Of a stretch of 64,000 bases of DNA, positions 10,456 through 21,440 are shown one piece after another. Origin of the DNA: Alphaproteobacteria bacterium (GTDB lineage: Bacteria > Pseudomonadota > Alphaproteobacteria > Rs-D84 > SZUA-605); contig JAVBPW010000001.1 in assembly GCA_031549385.1 (NCBI GenBank), positions 128,001 through 192,000 of the forward strand, read 5' to 3'. The notes under the pieces were generated by a model, which was given only the letters and a program-made list of their open reading frames with translations, was not told where the DNA came from and did no database searches. The position numbers and the translations under genes are program-made. Each line of letters begins with the position of its first letter. Position 1 is the first letter of the stretch.

Positions 10456-10952
10456 TGAAATTAGATTATGACTTTTGGAAAACAAAACTTACTAGTTTTA
10501 ATCTAAACGGTCTTGATCTTGTTCGTGTAAAGCTAATTGACGATAGTAGAAAAATTACAGAACAATATAAAATCTTTGAACAAAATAGAGAGCGTTTTAT
10601 AAAATACGTTGCTAAAAATAATGTTAAAGATTTACAAATAATGAAAATTTTAAGAACTGATATAGTTAAAATGCATGATGGAATTATGCCTGAAAATGCT
10701 GTTTTAATTTTTAAAATATTACCAGAATATGGTGGAGAAGCTAATGAAAGCAATATATTGTTTATGCCTCTTCACCCTTATAATGACTCTTTAATTCAAT
10801 TTTTTCATATGCAAATGAAAGAATGCCACTGGCAGTTTCCAGAAGTGTTTTATGCTTTGAAATATGAAAAGACTGTCTTTTATCCTAATTTCTTTTTAAA
10901 GAGTATAGCTTCTTCTTCACGACCTGAGCGAATCGAAAATATGGAAAGGTAG
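10455..10952 (+). CDS. hypothetical protein with degenerate HNH-toxin-like domain
   Basis: Segment DGIMPENAVLIFKILPEYGGEANESNILFMPLHPYND resembles the G.VP..Y.VHHKLPLDDGG.N...NLVL...PYH HNH pattern but lacks the catalytic His residues. Confidence 0.45.
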   Translation: MKLDYDFWKTKLTSFNLNGLDLVRVKLIDDSRKITEQYKIFEQNRERFIKYVAKNNVKDLQIMKILRTDIVKMHDGIMPENAVLIFKILPEYGGEANESNILFMPLHPYNDSLIQFFHMQMKECHWQFPEVFYALKYEKTVFYPNFFLKSIASSSRPERIENMER

Positions 10953-10955
10953 AGC

Positions 10956-11363
10956 ATGAATAAAATATTTGATTTAAATGCTATATTTTTTGATAAGAAT
11001 GAACAAAAGTTTATTGACCTTATTTCTGCATCATTAGAAGGTAAAAAACAATCCAGCATTCCATCTGAATTAAAAGACTTATTATTATTAACTGATGGAC
11101 TTATTTGTGGAGAATTTCAAATTTTTGGTATAAATGCTCATAAAAGACCTGATAAGTTTTATACTTTGCCTGAGATTGTTGATTATAATAACAATTTTAA
11201 TTTATTTAATACTGACAATAAACTTATATTTGGATGTTATAGAGATTGTTTCTTAATGTATTTGGGTGATAATAAAACATATTGTTTAGTAACTAAGATT
11301 GGTTTGAAAATAAGAAAACAATATAAGTCATTATTAGACCTTTTAAACAGTGAGCTTTTTTAA
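10956..11363 (+). CDS. SMI1/KNR4 (SUKH, YrhA-like) family protein
   Basis: IPSELKDLLLLTDGLICGEFQIFG and LIFG motifs typical of SUKH domains. Confidence 0.6.
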   Translation: MNKIFDLNAIFFDKNEQKFIDLISASLEGKKQSSIPSELKDLLLLTDGLICGEFQIFGINAHKRPDKFYTLPEIVDYNNNFNLFNTDNKLIFGCYRDCFLMYLGDNKTYCLVTKIGLKIRKQYKSLLDLLNSELF

Positions 11364-11575
11364 TGAAAAAATACTCTGTTTGTTTGTTTGGACATTTTAC
11401 TAGCATTACTATTGAAGATGAATTTTTTGATACTTTAAAGAAAATTGCTAAACAGGAAAATAAATCTATTGCTAATATTATTCAAGAAATTGATAAAAAT
11501 AGAGATTTAAAAAACAATCTTTCCAGCAGTATTAGAATCTATATCTTAAATTACCTTTTATCAAAGAAAGTCTAA
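11363..11575 (+). CDS. ribbon-helix-helix DNA-binding protein (RHH_4 type)
   Basis: GHFTSITIEDEFFDTLKKIA...NLSSSIR signature. Confidence 0.85.
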   Translation: MKKYSVCLFGHFTSITIEDEFFDTLKKIAKQENKSIANIIQEIDKNRDLKNNLSSSIRIYILNYLLSKKV

Positions 11576-14233
11576 TTTAGATCTTTGTGAATCTATATAA
11601 TACTTTTGAACAGCTGAATCTTTTTGAAAAAGAAACTCTGGATTATTCTTATAAATACTTCCTGAATTTTTATAACCTATTATTAGCGGTGTTGTTGATA
11701 AATAATCAAGAGAGATTTTACCTTTTATATTAAATTGTTTTTTTGCTAGATCAAACTGACTTAATAAAGTTACATTCCCATAACTATTTTGAGCTTTGTA
11801 ATTAACTATTTTCAAAGAACCTCTGTTTAATTGTCCTTGAAAGGATACTTCTGAAGTTTCTGTTGATTTTGTTAATAAGCCTTCCCTTATTCCTTTTTCA
11901 ATAGAATCAAATGATAATTGAGAAATTCCATAAACATTTTTTATAGCATCTGATAAATTGAAATTTTTTGCAATTGAATTAGAACAACTGAACTTAAAGT
12001 CAGACTGTAAATCAAAGAAAAATGATGAAAAATTCTTAAGATCTTTACTTACAAAGATAGCATCTATATCACAAGTTTGAAGATATGATTCTAATGGCGA
12101 ATCTTTTAAGATGTTTACATTAACTGGAAATTTTGTTGTTTTTATATACCCTGAAAAGTCATCTGCTTTTCTTGCATAAAGGTCTATATTTTGAGAAAGA
12201 ACTTTTAAAGCATTATCTTTATAAGAAATATCTAAATTATTAACTGTAGTACCATTTATTGTTAAATTCTTTATCTTTATATTGATTGCTTTTACAGAAT
12301 CAAAAACTGCCAGCATTAACATTTCTTTTCCATCATAAATATTAAATTCTAGTAATGACTTTTTAGTATTAACAAAATCAAATGTAGAAAAATTAATATT
12401 ATGTTGCTCTTGGCTAAATTCACCTGTAAAAGTATCTTTGTTTAGATTTCCTTGAATATTTTCTATTTTATAATTAGATCCTAAGCTTAGTCTTCCTGTA
12501 AAATTTAATGGAAGATTATCTTTTAAGTATGAAAGATTTAAACATTTTGCAGCATCGTCACATTTATATGTTATATCAAAACTATCTGAATTTTTTGCTA
12601 ATAATACTTTTAATTTATCACTTGATATATCAGCAGATGTTAAGTTTCCATTTTTAAAAATATATATTACTTGGTATTGATTCATAGGTAGAAAATCTAA
12701 TAAATCATTTTTTATAAGAGAATTTTTATCTGATGCAAGTTGACTGATTGTAATATTTCCTAGTTTAAAGTTGCTATTATCTAATAAAACTGTACCTTGA
12801 GCTTCTAGTCTTTGGTTCATAGATACACTTTTAAAATTCTTTATATTAAAAGCATTGTTATAAAATTCCCCTGCTACATCAACTGTATCATAAGTTGTAT
12901 TTAGGAATTTGAAGTTCTTACCAGACATCTCAAGATTTATTCTGTAGTTCTTAATATATGGAATAATAACTTTTGTTAATGTGTTTGTTTGATTATCAAA
13001 TTGCATTTGATTAAATATTAAAGATGATGAAATTTGTTTTGTTTCTAAATTAATAGCTGAATTACCATATATTTCAAATTTGTCTGCTTTTAAATTCATA
13101 CCTTCAAGATTCAAAACCTTAAAATTAGTATTAATTTGAGAAGTTAATTGAGTTTGCGAATCGGAATATGTCATTTTGCCATCAATTTGACCTGATTTTA
13201 TTTTACCATCAAAGTTTATTTCTAATGTATCATTTTTCAAATTGAGATGAACCCTTTCGTCTTTTAATTTTAATAAACTTAATTCTCCCATAATTCCATT
13301 TAATTTGAAGTTTTGAGCTAGGATTTTTAGTTCACTATTTTGAGTTGATGGAAGTTGAGATAATACTTTTTGAAAATTTTGTGATAAAGTTAATTCACTT
13401 AAAATAAATTCTAATGAATATGAATCTTTTGAAATAGAACCTTGAAAATTTCCTATTAATTGAGGACCCGATATACTTGAATTTATAATTTTAATAGAAT
13501 CATTTTCATATCTTAATTGTCCTGCAAACTCATAATCACCTTTTTGGATTATGTTTTTTGTAACTGAATCTAACATACTTGTTTTTGCTTTGAAATTAGC
13601 ATTATATATAAATGGGTCTAAATGAAAGAAACCATTAGATTCAAGGATATTATCATCATTTTTATAGACTAAAACCTGCATTTGGTTTTCTGAATTTTCT
13701 GATAAAAGACCGGTAATTTGATATTTTGTTCCGGATTTTGAGAAAATAATAGTGAATGATTTTTCTGCCCCATCCCCCTTTATTTCTACTTTAAATTTTT
13801 CATAAACTTCATTGTTTATTTTTATTGAATTTGTTGAAAAATATAAATCATTAATGTCTTTAAATTGAACTATTGTCTTTTGAATATCCAATATAGAAAA
13901 GTCTTTTGATTCAATTTGAATATTTTTTAAACCTAATTTTCCACGAAGTAATTCTATGAATGATGGTTTGATTATTAGTTCGTCTATAGTTATATCATGA
14001 ATTTTTATGTCTTTAACATAAACTTTTTTAAATGGAAATAATCTGTATTTTATATCAGAATTAATTTGAATATTTGTTTGGAATTTTTGAGATAAATCCC
14101 TTTGAAGAGTTTCTTTAAAAGAATTCAAAGTAGTCATATAAGGAATTATTGTTAAAAGCAATAACAGGAAAGCAATTATCCCACCTGCTATATAATAATA
14201 TTTTAAATTTACTTTCTTTTTTTCTTTCTTCAT
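11561..14233 (-). CDS. AsmA-family protein
   Basis: N-terminal TM anchor followed by a long beta-rich body; IKYRLFP N-terminal motif. Confidence 0.6.
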   Translation of the reverse strand: MKKEKKKVNLKYYYIAGGIIAFLLLLLTIIPYMTTLNSFKETLQRDLSQKFQTNIQINSDIKYRLFPFKKVYVKDIKIHDITIDELIIKPSFIELLRGKLGLKNIQIESKDFSILDIQKTIVQFKDINDLYFSTNSIKINNEVYEKFKVEIKGDGAEKSFTIIFSKSGTKYQITGLLSENSENQMQVLVYKNDDNILESNGFFHLDPFIYNANFKAKTSMLDSVTKNIIQKGDYEFAGQLRYENDSIKIINSSISGPQLIGNFQGSISKDSYSLEFILSELTLSQNFQKVLSQLPSTQNSELKILAQNFKLNGIMGELSLLKLKDERVHLNLKNDTLEINFDGKIKSGQIDGKMTYSDSQTQLTSQINTNFKVLNLEGMNLKADKFEIYGNSAINLETKQISSSLIFNQMQFDNQTNTLTKVIIPYIKNYRINLEMSGKNFKFLNTTYDTVDVAGEFYNNAFNIKNFKSVSMNQRLEAQGTVLLDNSNFKLGNITISQLASDKNSLIKNDLLDFLPMNQYQVIYIFKNGNLTSADISSDKLKVLLAKNSDSFDITYKCDDAAKCLNLSYLKDNLPLNFTGRLSLGSNYKIENIQGNLNKDTFTGEFSQEQHNINFSTFDFVNTKKSLLEFNIYDGKEMLMLAVFDSVKAINIKIKNLTINGTTVNNLDISYKDNALKVLSQNIDLYARKADDFSGYIKTTKFPVNVNILKDSPLESYLQTCDIDAIFVSKDLKNFSSFFFDLQSDFKFSCSNSIAKNFNLSDAIKNVYGISQLSFDSIEKGIREGLLTKSTETSEVSFQGQLNRGSLKIVNYKAQNSYGNVTLLSQFDLAKKQFNIKGKISLDYLSTTPLIIGYKNSGSIYKNNPEFLFQKDSAVQKYYIDSQRSKLDFL

Positions 14234-14348
14234 ATCTTTCTCCGTCTTTAAGACATATTAGAAAAACATTTAAAAAATAACAAGTTAAAAATGTTGTAAT
14301 TTTGCTATTTTTATCCTATATTGTCAAAAGTTGATTAATTTTAGAGAT

Positions 14349-14405
14349 AACTTATTAAATTATTAAAAAGAGGCTTTTTAACAATTTAACAAGTTTAATA
14401 ATAAC
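14349..14405 (+). repeat. dispersed DnaA-box/trio-like hairpin element, copy 1
   Basis: AACTTATTAAATTATTAAAAAG-AGG-CTTTTTAACAATTTAACAAGTT-TAATAATAAC, between divergent genes. Confidence 0.9.
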
Positions 14406-14448
14406 CAGCTGACGCTGGATTTAATTTTTTATATTTATTTTAAAGGAA

Positions 14449-15756
14449 ATGTTAATGAAAAAGCCTGAATTGTTATTGCCTGGTGGAAATTTAGCCCAAA
14501 TAAAAACTGCATTTTTATATGGAGCTGATACTGTTTATGCAGGAGTTCCAGAATTGTCTTTAAGAGAAAAAGCTAAGATAAGTTATGAAGATATGAAAGA
14601 AGCTATTGACCTTGCACACTCTTTAGGCAAAAAAATGTATTTAGCTTTTAATATTTTTTCTCATAATAAAGATGAAGAAAAATTTCCAAAAGTTATTGAA
14701 ATGCTTAAAAAATTAAATCCTGATGGCCTTATTATTTCTGATCCAGGGGTTTTTCAATATGTAAAAACTTATTTGCCTGATATGCCTATTCATATTTCTA
14801 CTCAAGCTAATGTTTGTTCTCATATGACTGTAAAGTTCTGGCAAGATATGGGAGCAAGAATGTGCGTGCTTGCTCGTGAAGTATCGTTTGAAGAAATTAA
14901 AGAAATCAGAGAAAAATGTCCTGATATAAGATTAGAAATGTTTATTCATGGTGCTATGTGTATGAGTTATTCTGGCAGATGTTTGATTTCTAATTTTCTA
15001 ACTGGACGTGGAGCTAATCAAGGTAATTGCGCTCATGCTTGCAGATGGAAATACAGAATGTATGCAAAAGCAAAAGATAGCGTACTTGAAGCACCTAATG
15101 AAGATGTTGTTGATTACTTCTTAGAAGAAGACCAAAGACGCGATGAATTTATGCAAATTGAAGAAACAGAACGTGGAACATTTTTAATGTCTTCCAAGGA
15201 TTTGTGTTTAATGCCTGTTTTAAAAGATATTATAGAAGTTGGAATTGATTGCTTAAAAGTTGAAGGTCGAAATAAATCTGAATACTATACTGCAGTTACT
15301 GCAAAAGCTTATCGAAATGCTATTGATGCTTATTTTGATAATCCAAAAAAGTTTGATTACCTACCTTACTTGCAAGAATTAGAAACTTTGCAATCACGTG
15401 GATTTACTCTTGGATTTTTTAATGGAGTTCCTGATGGTGGGGCTATGACTTATGAATCTACCCGCTCAGATGGAAGCTGGAGAAACATAGGAGTAGTTAC
15501 AGAAATTAAAAAAGATGAACTTATTATGGAACTTAGAAACGATATATCTAAATGTGAAGAAGTAGAATTTTTATCCCCTTATAAGGTTGAGCCTATTAAG
15601 GTTAAAATACCTGAAATAATAGATGCTAAAAACGGACTTTATTTTGATAAACTGTCTGCAGGACATGGAAAATCTATTGTAATAAAACGTGAATGGTTGG
15701 GCGAAAATTTTGATCAATTACCGGTATTTTCTGTTGCAAGAAAGAATATTGCTTAA
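14449..15756 (+). CDS. peptidase U32 family protein (TrhP/YegQ-like tRNA hydroxylation)
   Basis: KPELLLP, HGAMCMSYSGRC, CAHACRW and LKVEGR motifs. Confidence 0.9.
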   Translation: MLMKKPELLLPGGNLAQIKTAFLYGADTVYAGVPELSLREKAKISYEDMKEAIDLAHSLGKKMYLAFNIFSHNKDEEKFPKVIEMLKKLNPDGLIISDPGVFQYVKTYLPDMPIHISTQANVCSHMTVKFWQDMGARMCVLAREVSFEEIKEIREKCPDIRLEMFIHGAMCMSYSGRCLISNFLTGRGANQGNCAHACRWKYRMYAKAKDSVLEAPNEDVVDYFLEEDQRRDEFMQIEETERGTFLMSSKDLCLMPVLKDIIEVGIDCLKVEGRNKSEYYTAVTAKAYRNAIDAYFDNPKKFDYLPYLQELETLQSRGFTLGFFNGVPDGGAMTYESTRSDGSWRNIGVVTEIKKDELIMELRNDISKCEEVEFLSPYKVEPIKVKIPEIIDAKNGLYFDKLSAGHGKSIVIKREWLGENFDQLPVFSVARKNIA

Positions 15757-15765
15757 GGAAATAAT

Positions 15766-16227
15766 ATGAAAAATCTTATAACAAATGAAATGATTCAATA
15801 TTTTGATAAACGAACTGAAGAACACATTCAAAGAGTTATTAAATATGGAAAATTATATGATAAAAATTTAGATTTTTCTGAACATGATAAATCGAAAACT
15901 GTTGAACCTGAACGTAGTCCTTATATTTTACGCACTTGGTATCAAAACATTTTACAGAAACCATTGCCTGATGAAATACAACCATTTTTAAAAGAAGCTT
16001 CAAAATATCATAAAATTAAAAATTCACACCATCCAGAACATTGGGATGATATTAATAAGATGCCAGATAATTGCATTGTTGAACTTGTTTGTGATTGGTG
16101 TGCTATGAGTGAAGAATTTGATAATGACCCTTATGAATGGTTAGAAAAAAATAAAGAAAAACATAAATTTAATAGACTTCAAATAGATTTCATTAAAGAA
16201 ATTTTAGATAAAATTTGGAAAAATTAA
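15766..16227 (+). CDS. DUF5662-like HD-fold protein
   Basis: HDKSK, NSHHPEHW and ELVCDW motifs. Confidence 0.65.
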   Translation: MKNLITNEMIQYFDKRTEEHIQRVIKYGKLYDKNLDFSEHDKSKTVEPERSPYILRTWYQNILQKPLPDEIQPFLKEASKYHKIKNSHHPEHWDDINKMPDNCIVELVCDWCAMSEEFDNDPYEWLEKNKEKHKFNRLQIDFIKEILDKIWKN

Positions 16228-16231
16228 AAGA

Positions 16232-16290
16232 GTTATGAAAACTATGAAAAAACAGGTTTTTCACAGTATTTCACAACATATAATAATAAT
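16232..16290 (+). repeat. dispersed DnaA-box/trio-like hairpin element, copy 2
   Basis: GTTATGAAAACTATGAAAAAAC-AG-GTTTTTCACAGTATTTCACAAC-ATA-TAATAATAAT; contains an exact TTWTNCACA match (TTTTTCACA). Confidence 0.85.
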
Positions 16291-16358
16291 TTTATTTATT
16301 TTTCACTAAGATTAATAATAACTTGAATTTTTTGAAGTTTTAAAATACACTATTTGGC

Positions 16359-18152
16359 ATGCAAAAAAATATAAGAAATTTTTCTATTATTGCTCACATT
16401 GATCACGGTAAGTCTACACTTGCCGATAGACTTATTGAATATTGTGGAGCTGTTGAAAAACGTGAAATGAAAGAACAACTCTTGGACAATATGGATATTG
16501 AAAGAGAAAGAGGAATTACTATTAAGGCTCAAACTGTTAGACTTAATTATAAAGCTGATGATGGGCAAACTTATATTTTGAATTTATTAGATACTCCTGG
16601 ACACGTAGATTTTTCTTACGAAGTGTCCCGCTCACTTGCTGCATGTGAAGGAGCATTGCTTGTTGTTGATGCAGCACAAGGAGTTGAAGCCCAAACTCTT
16701 GCTAATGTTTATTTGGCTATTGAAAATGACTTAGAAATTATTCCAGTTTTAAATAAAGCTGATTTACCTCAAGCAGAACCTGAAAAAATTAAAGAACAAA
16801 TTGAAGAAGTTATTGGATTAGATGCAAGTGAAGCAATTCTTGCTTCTGCAAAAACAGGACTTGGAATTAAAGAAATTTTAGAAGCAATTGTTCATAAGCT
16901 CCCAGCACCTAAGGGTGATGAAAATGCTAATTTACAAGCTTTGTTAATTGATAGCTGGTATGACGTTTATCAAGGTATTATTACTCTTGTTAGAATAGTA
17001 AATGGAACTTTGAAAAAAGGTGATACTATTAAAATGATGTCTAATGGTGCTACTTATAAAGTTGATAGACTTGGATTTTTCTTACCTGAAATGAAAGATT
17101 CTGGAGCTATTAATGTTGGTGAAATAGGATACATTATTACAGGAATGAAAAATGTTTCTGATTGTAAGATTGGAGATACTATTACTAATGTAGCAAAACC
17201 ATCCACCGAAATGTTAAAAGGTTTTAAACCATCCGTACCCGTTGTGTTTTCTTCTATATTCCCTGTTGATGTTGATGATTATCCATTACTTAAAGAATCT
17301 GTTGCTAAGCTTGCTCTTAATGATTCATCTTTTATGTATGAAGTAGAAAATTCAGCAGCACTTGGTTTTGGATTCAGATGTGGTTTCTTAGGTCTGCTCC
17401 ATATGGAAATTATTACTGAAAGATTAGAAAGAGAATTTGATTTAGATGTAATTTGTACAGCTCCATCTGTGGCTTATAAAGTTCACTTAAGAAGTGGAAC
17501 TATGTTGGAATTACATAATCCTGCTGACCTTCCTGATCCTACTTTAATAGAATATATGGAAGAACCTTATGTGAGAGCTACTATCATGCTTCCTGATCAA
17601 TATCTTGGAAAGGTGTTAGATTTATGCACTCAAAAAAGAGGTATTCAAGAAAATCTTACTTATATTGGAAGTCGTGCTATGGTAATTTATAAATTACCTT
17701 TGAATGAAATTGTTTTCGATTTTTATGATAAATTAAAATCATATACATCAGGATATGCTTCTTTTGATTATGAAATTTGTGGGTATGAACGTTCTGATCT
17801 TGTTAAAGTTTCTATACTTATTAATGAAGAACCTATTGATGCTTTATCTTTTATGGCTCATAAATCACACGCAGAATCTAAAGGACGTCAAATTTGTGAA
17901 AAATTAAAAGAACTTATTCCACCTCATCAATTTAAAATTCCTATTCAAGCTGCAATCGGTGGAAAAATTATTGCAAGAGAAACTATTTCAGCTTTTAGAA
18001 AAGATGTGACTGCAAAATGTTATGGTGGAGATGTTAGCCGAAAAAGAAAACTTCTTGATAAGCAAAAGAAAGGTAAGAAGAGAATGAGACAATTTGGAAA
18101 AGTTGAAATTCCTCAAACCGCTTTTATTAATGCTTTGAAAACTACAGATTAG
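16359..18152 (+). CDS. lepA: elongation factor 4
   Basis: [21 protein letters not shown] and C-terminal [20 protein letters not shown]. Confidence 0.99.
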   Translation: MQKNIRNFSIIAHIDHGKSTLADRLIEYCGAVEKREMKEQLLDNMDIERERGITIKAQTVRLNYKADDGQTYILNLLDTPGHVDFSYEVSRSLAACEGALLVVDAAQGVEAQTLANVYLAIENDLEIIPVLNKADLPQAEPEKIKEQIEEVIGLDASEAILASAKTGLGIKEILEAIVHKLPAPKGDENANLQALLIDSWYDVYQGIITLVRIVNGTLKKGDTIKMMSNGATYKVDRLGFFLPEMKDSGAINVGEIGYIITGMKNVSDCKIGDTITNVAKPSTEMLKGFKPSVPVVFSSIFPVDVDDYPLLKESVAKLALNDSSFMYEVENSAALGFGFRCGFLGLLHMEIITERLEREFDLDVICTAPSVAYKVHLRSGTMLELHNPADLPDPTLIEYMEEPYVRATIMLPDQYLGKVLDLCTQKRGIQENLTYIGSRAMVIYKLPLNEIVFDFYDKLKSYTSGYASFDYEICGYERSDLVKVSILINEEPIDALSFMAHKSHAESKGRQICEKLKELIPPHQFKIPIQAAIGGKIIARETISAFRKDVTAKCYGGDVSRKRKLLDKQKKGKKRMRQFGKVEIPQTAFINALKTTD

Positions 18153-18161
18153 TTTAGTCTT

Positions 18162-18214
18162 GTTATAAAACTATTAAAAGATTTTTTAACAGTTTTAACA
18201 ACGAATAATAATAA
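18162..18214 (+). repeat. dispersed DnaA-box/trio-like hairpin element, copy 3
   Basis: GTTATAAAACTATTAAAAGATTTTTTAACAGTTTTAACAAC-GAA-TAATAATAA. Confidence 0.85.
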
Positions 18215-18318
18215 AAAAAATTCAATGTTTTTTTGTTTAATTTCCTCGAAATTTTGGTTGATTTTTAGGTATTTTTCCTTATACTCAAATTTATTAAAAA
18301 AATTCTCAAGGAGATTTT

Positions 18319-18882
18319 ATGTTTGATTTCAATAATTTAAAAAATCAATTAAATGAAAAAATGGAAAAAGCTAATGAAGTATTTAAACGTGATTTAAATG
18401 GATTACGTACTGGACGTGCTTCATCTTCTCTGCTTGATCCTATTATGGTTAGTGCTTATGGTGCTATGATGCCTATTGCTCAAGTTGCATCTGTAAACGT
18501 TCTTGATTCAAGAACTATTTCTGTTAGCGTTTGGGATAAAGGAATGGTTGGTGCTGTTGATAAAGCTATACGCGAATCAGAACTTGGACTTAATCCTGCA
18601 GTTGATGGAACGTTGCTCAGAATTCCACTTCCAGCTTTAAATGAAGAAAGAAGAAAAGAACTTTTAAAAGTTGCTTCTAAATATGGTGAAGAAGGAAAAA
18701 CTTCTGTGAGAAATATTAGACGTGATGGAATGGATGCATTAAAGACAGCTGAAAAAGCAAAAGATATTTCTGAAGATGATCAAAAAAGATATGAAGAAGA
18801 AATTCAAAAAATAACTGATAAATTTATTGCTGAAATTGATACACTTTTAGCTAAAAAAGAAAAAGATATTATGGAAGTGTAA
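18319..18882 (+). CDS. frr: ribosome recycling factor
   Basis: LRTGRA, LGLNP and RNIRRD motifs. Confidence 0.98.
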   Translation: MFDFNNLKNQLNEKMEKANEVFKRDLNGLRTGRASSSLLDPIMVSAYGAMMPIAQVASVNVLDSRTISVSVWDKGMVGAVDKAIRESELGLNPAVDGTLLRIPLPALNEERRKELLKVASKYGEEGKTSVRNIRRDGMDALKTAEKAKDISEDDQKRYEEEIQKITDKFIAEIDTLLAKKEKDIMEV

Positions 18883-18888
18883 ATTTAA

Positions 18889-19578
18889 ATGAGCGAAGAT
18901 AAAAAATTAAACCATATAGCTATTATTTGTGACGGAAATCGCACCTGGGCAAGGGCTAAAGGAATACCACCTATGTTAGGTCACAGAGAAGGTGCTGAAG
19001 CAGTTAAAAGACTTGTTAATGCTGCAACTGAATTTAAAATACCAGTTATTTCTTTATGGGTTATGGGAATTGATAATTTTGAAAGATCTGCAGAAGAAGT
19101 TAGATGGTTGATGAAATTATCAAGAGTTTATTTGAGAACTTCCAAAAAAGAAATTTTGAAAAACAAAAATAAATTTAGACTTTGTGGGCTAAGAAATTTT
19201 CCAGCTCCAAAAGATATTATTGAATTATCTGAAAAATTAGAAGAAGAAACAAAAGATAATGAGGGAACAACTGTAAACATTTGTTTCAACTATGGTGGAA
19301 GAGTTGAAATACTTGAAGCTATCAAAAAGCTTAATGATCAAAATTTAGAAATTACAGAAGAAAATCTTTCTTCTTGTTTATGGACTGCTGGATTACCTGA
19401 TCCAGATTTAATTATTAGACCTAGCAATCAACAGAGACTTTCTGGTTTTATGCCTTGGCAAAGTGAATATGCTGAATTTTACTTTCCAAAGTATTACTTC
19501 CCAGAAATGAATAAGGAAAAATTAGAGGAGGCTATTGATGAATTTTATAAACGCACTCGTAAATTTGGTAAAATCTAA
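18889..19578 (+). CDS. uppS: undecaprenyl diphosphate synthase
   Basis: HIAIICDGNRTWA, NYGGR and PDPDLIIR motifs; downstream of frr. Confidence 0.96.
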   Translation: MSEDKKLNHIAIICDGNRTWARAKGIPPMLGHREGAEAVKRLVNAATEFKIPVISLWVMGIDNFERSAEEVRWLMKLSRVYLRTSKKEILKNKNKFRLCGLRNFPAPKDIIELSEKLEEETKDNEGTTVNICFNYGGRVEILEAIKKLNDQNLEITEENLSSCLWTAGLPDPDLIIRPSNQQRLSGFMPWQSEYAEFYFPKYYFPEMNKEKLEEAIDEFYKRTRKFGKI

Positions 19579-20365
19579 TCTTTTTCAGAGATTAGTTTCA
19601 GCTTGCTTTTTGCTCGCTGTTTTAATTTTTAATATCATTTGTTTACAAAATGGAACTAACTTGTGGTTTTTTTATACTACTATTTATGCTGTAATTGCTA
19701 TTAGTTTCTGGGAATTAAATAATATTTTCTTTAATAAGCATATTATTAAATCTTTAATTCTTACTGCAATTAATCTTCTTTGTTTTTGTTTTATAGCAGA
19801 ACTTCCAATATTCTTTCCGTTACTAATAGGAAGCTTGATTGTTTTTAATTTACTTTCAACACCAAGATTGAATATAAAAAAGACAATTGTATATTTGCTG
19901 TATCTTGCAATATTGCTTGTGTCATTTAACTTTATATTCTTTTATCTTATTAAATTACCTTCAGTATATATTTTAACTTTTATGGTTTATATTTTTGCTA
20001 TTTCAATTATGACAGATACTTTTGGATATATAGTTGGAAAACTCATTGGTAAACATAAACTTGCACCATCTATATCACCTGGAAAAACTATTGAAGGAGC
20101 ACTTGGAGCTCTTGTTCTTACTGGACTTTGTTCTTGGTTGATTTATACTCTTTTACCTTTTAAATTATCATTTAATTATTTTATAGGAATTGCTATTGCT
20201 GGTTGTATAATTGCTCAAATTGGCGATTTATTCGAATCTTATGTTAAGAGAGTTGGCGGCGTGAAAGATAGTTCTCATCTTATCCCAGGACATGGTGGAG
20301 TGTTGGATAGATTAGATAGTTTCATATTTTTAATTTTTGTTGTTCAAATTTTATTTTGGATTTAA
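19535..20365 (+). CDS. cdsA: phosphatidate cytidylyltransferase (start uncertain)
   Basis: SPGKTIEG and GDLFESYVKR..GVKDS..IPGHGGVLDRLDS motifs. Confidence 0.95.
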   Translation: MMNFINALVNLVKSNLFQRLVSACFLLAVLIFNIICLQNGTNLWFFYTTIYAVIAISFWELNNIFFNKHIIKSLILTAINLLCFCFIAELPIFFPLLIGSLIVFNLLSTPRLNIKKTIVYLLYLAILLVSFNFIFFYLIKLPSVYILTFMVYIFAISIMTDTFGYIVGKLIGKHKLAPSISPGKTIEGALGALVLTGLCSWLIYTLLPFKLSFNYFIGIAIAGCIIAQIGDLFESYVKRVGGVKDSSHLIPGHGGVLDRLDSFIFLIFVVQILFWI

Positions 20366-20378
20366 GGGGTACATATAA

Positions 20379-21440
20379 ATGTTAACTGTTATATATTTTT
20401 TAATTACACTTGGTATCATAGTTCTTATTCATGAACTTGGTCATTTTACTTTTGCTAGACTTGCAGGTGTTAAGGTTGAAACTTTTTCTATTTGCTTTGG
20501 AAAACCACTCTTAAAATGGAAAGATAAAAAAGGTACTCAATGGCAAATTGGCTGGATACCACTTGGTGGTTATGTTAAAATGCTTGGTCAAGAAGATATG
20601 CCTACTGATAAAAAATTAAAAGAACTTGATAAAGATGTAAAAAAACAACATTTTCTATTTAAAAGCTGGTGGCAAAGATTTTCTATTATAATTGGTGGTG
20701 TGTTATTTAATTTTGTTAGTGCTTTGATTATTATATTCTGCTTATTTCAATTTGTAGGAGTTCCTAAGACCCCTGCTCTTGTTTCTGATGTAGTTGATGG
20801 AATGCCTGCTCAACAAGTTGGAATTATGAAAGGTGATGTTATTTCTAAATTTAATAATGTTGAAATCAAAGATTTTAAATCTCTTCAAAAAGAATTAATG
20901 TTAAACCAAGAAAAAGAAGTAAATCTTATTGTACTTAGAAGTGGTAAAGAAATAGTTAAATCTGTTATACCTGTTAAAAGTGGAAAGTCTTTTGTTATTG
21001 GTATTAAAACTGGAGTGTCTAGTGAAGATATTAAAAAATTACCTTTTGGACAAACTGTTGTGGAAACTTTTAAAGATTTCTGGAGTCAAGCAACAACTAT
21101 GATTACAGGGATAAAACAACTTCTTCTTGGAGAACGTTCTTCAAAAGAACTTGGCGGATTTATTCAAATTGCAAAAGTATCTAAAGAATCAGCTGATGGT
21201 GGAATTTATAATTTCTTATATTTCTTAGCATTTATTTCTATTAACTTAGGATTGCTAAATTTATTCCCTATTCCAGTTCTTGATGGTGGACATATTGTAT
21301 TTTTAATAATTGAAGCAATTCGCGGAAAACCAGTGTCAGAAAAGTTTTATAACTTCTTTGCATATATAGGTCTTGGAATTTTATTATTTTTACTTGTACT
21401 TTCAAACTTTAACGATATATTAAGGCTATTAGGAAAATAA
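20379..21440 (+). CDS. rseP: RIP metalloprotease RseP
   Basis: HELGH, PDZ domain and NLFPIPVLDGGH. Confidence 0.96.
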   Translation: MLTVIYFLITLGIIVLIHELGHFTFARLAGVKVETFSICFGKPLLKWKDKKGTQWQIGWIPLGGYVKMLGQEDMPTDKKLKELDKDVKKQHFLFKSWWQRFSIIIGGVLFNFVSALIIIFCLFQFVGVPKTPALVSDVVDGMPAQQVGIMKGDVISKFNNVEIKDFKSLQKELMLNQEKEVNLIVLRSGKEIVKSVIPVKSGKSFVIGIKTGVSSEDIKKLPFGQTVVETFKDFWSQATTMITGIKQLLLGERSSKELGGFIQIAKVSKESADGGIYNFLYFLAFISINLGLLNLFPIPVLDGGHIVFLIIEAIRGKPVSEKFYNFFAYIGLGILLFLLVLSNFNDILRLLGK

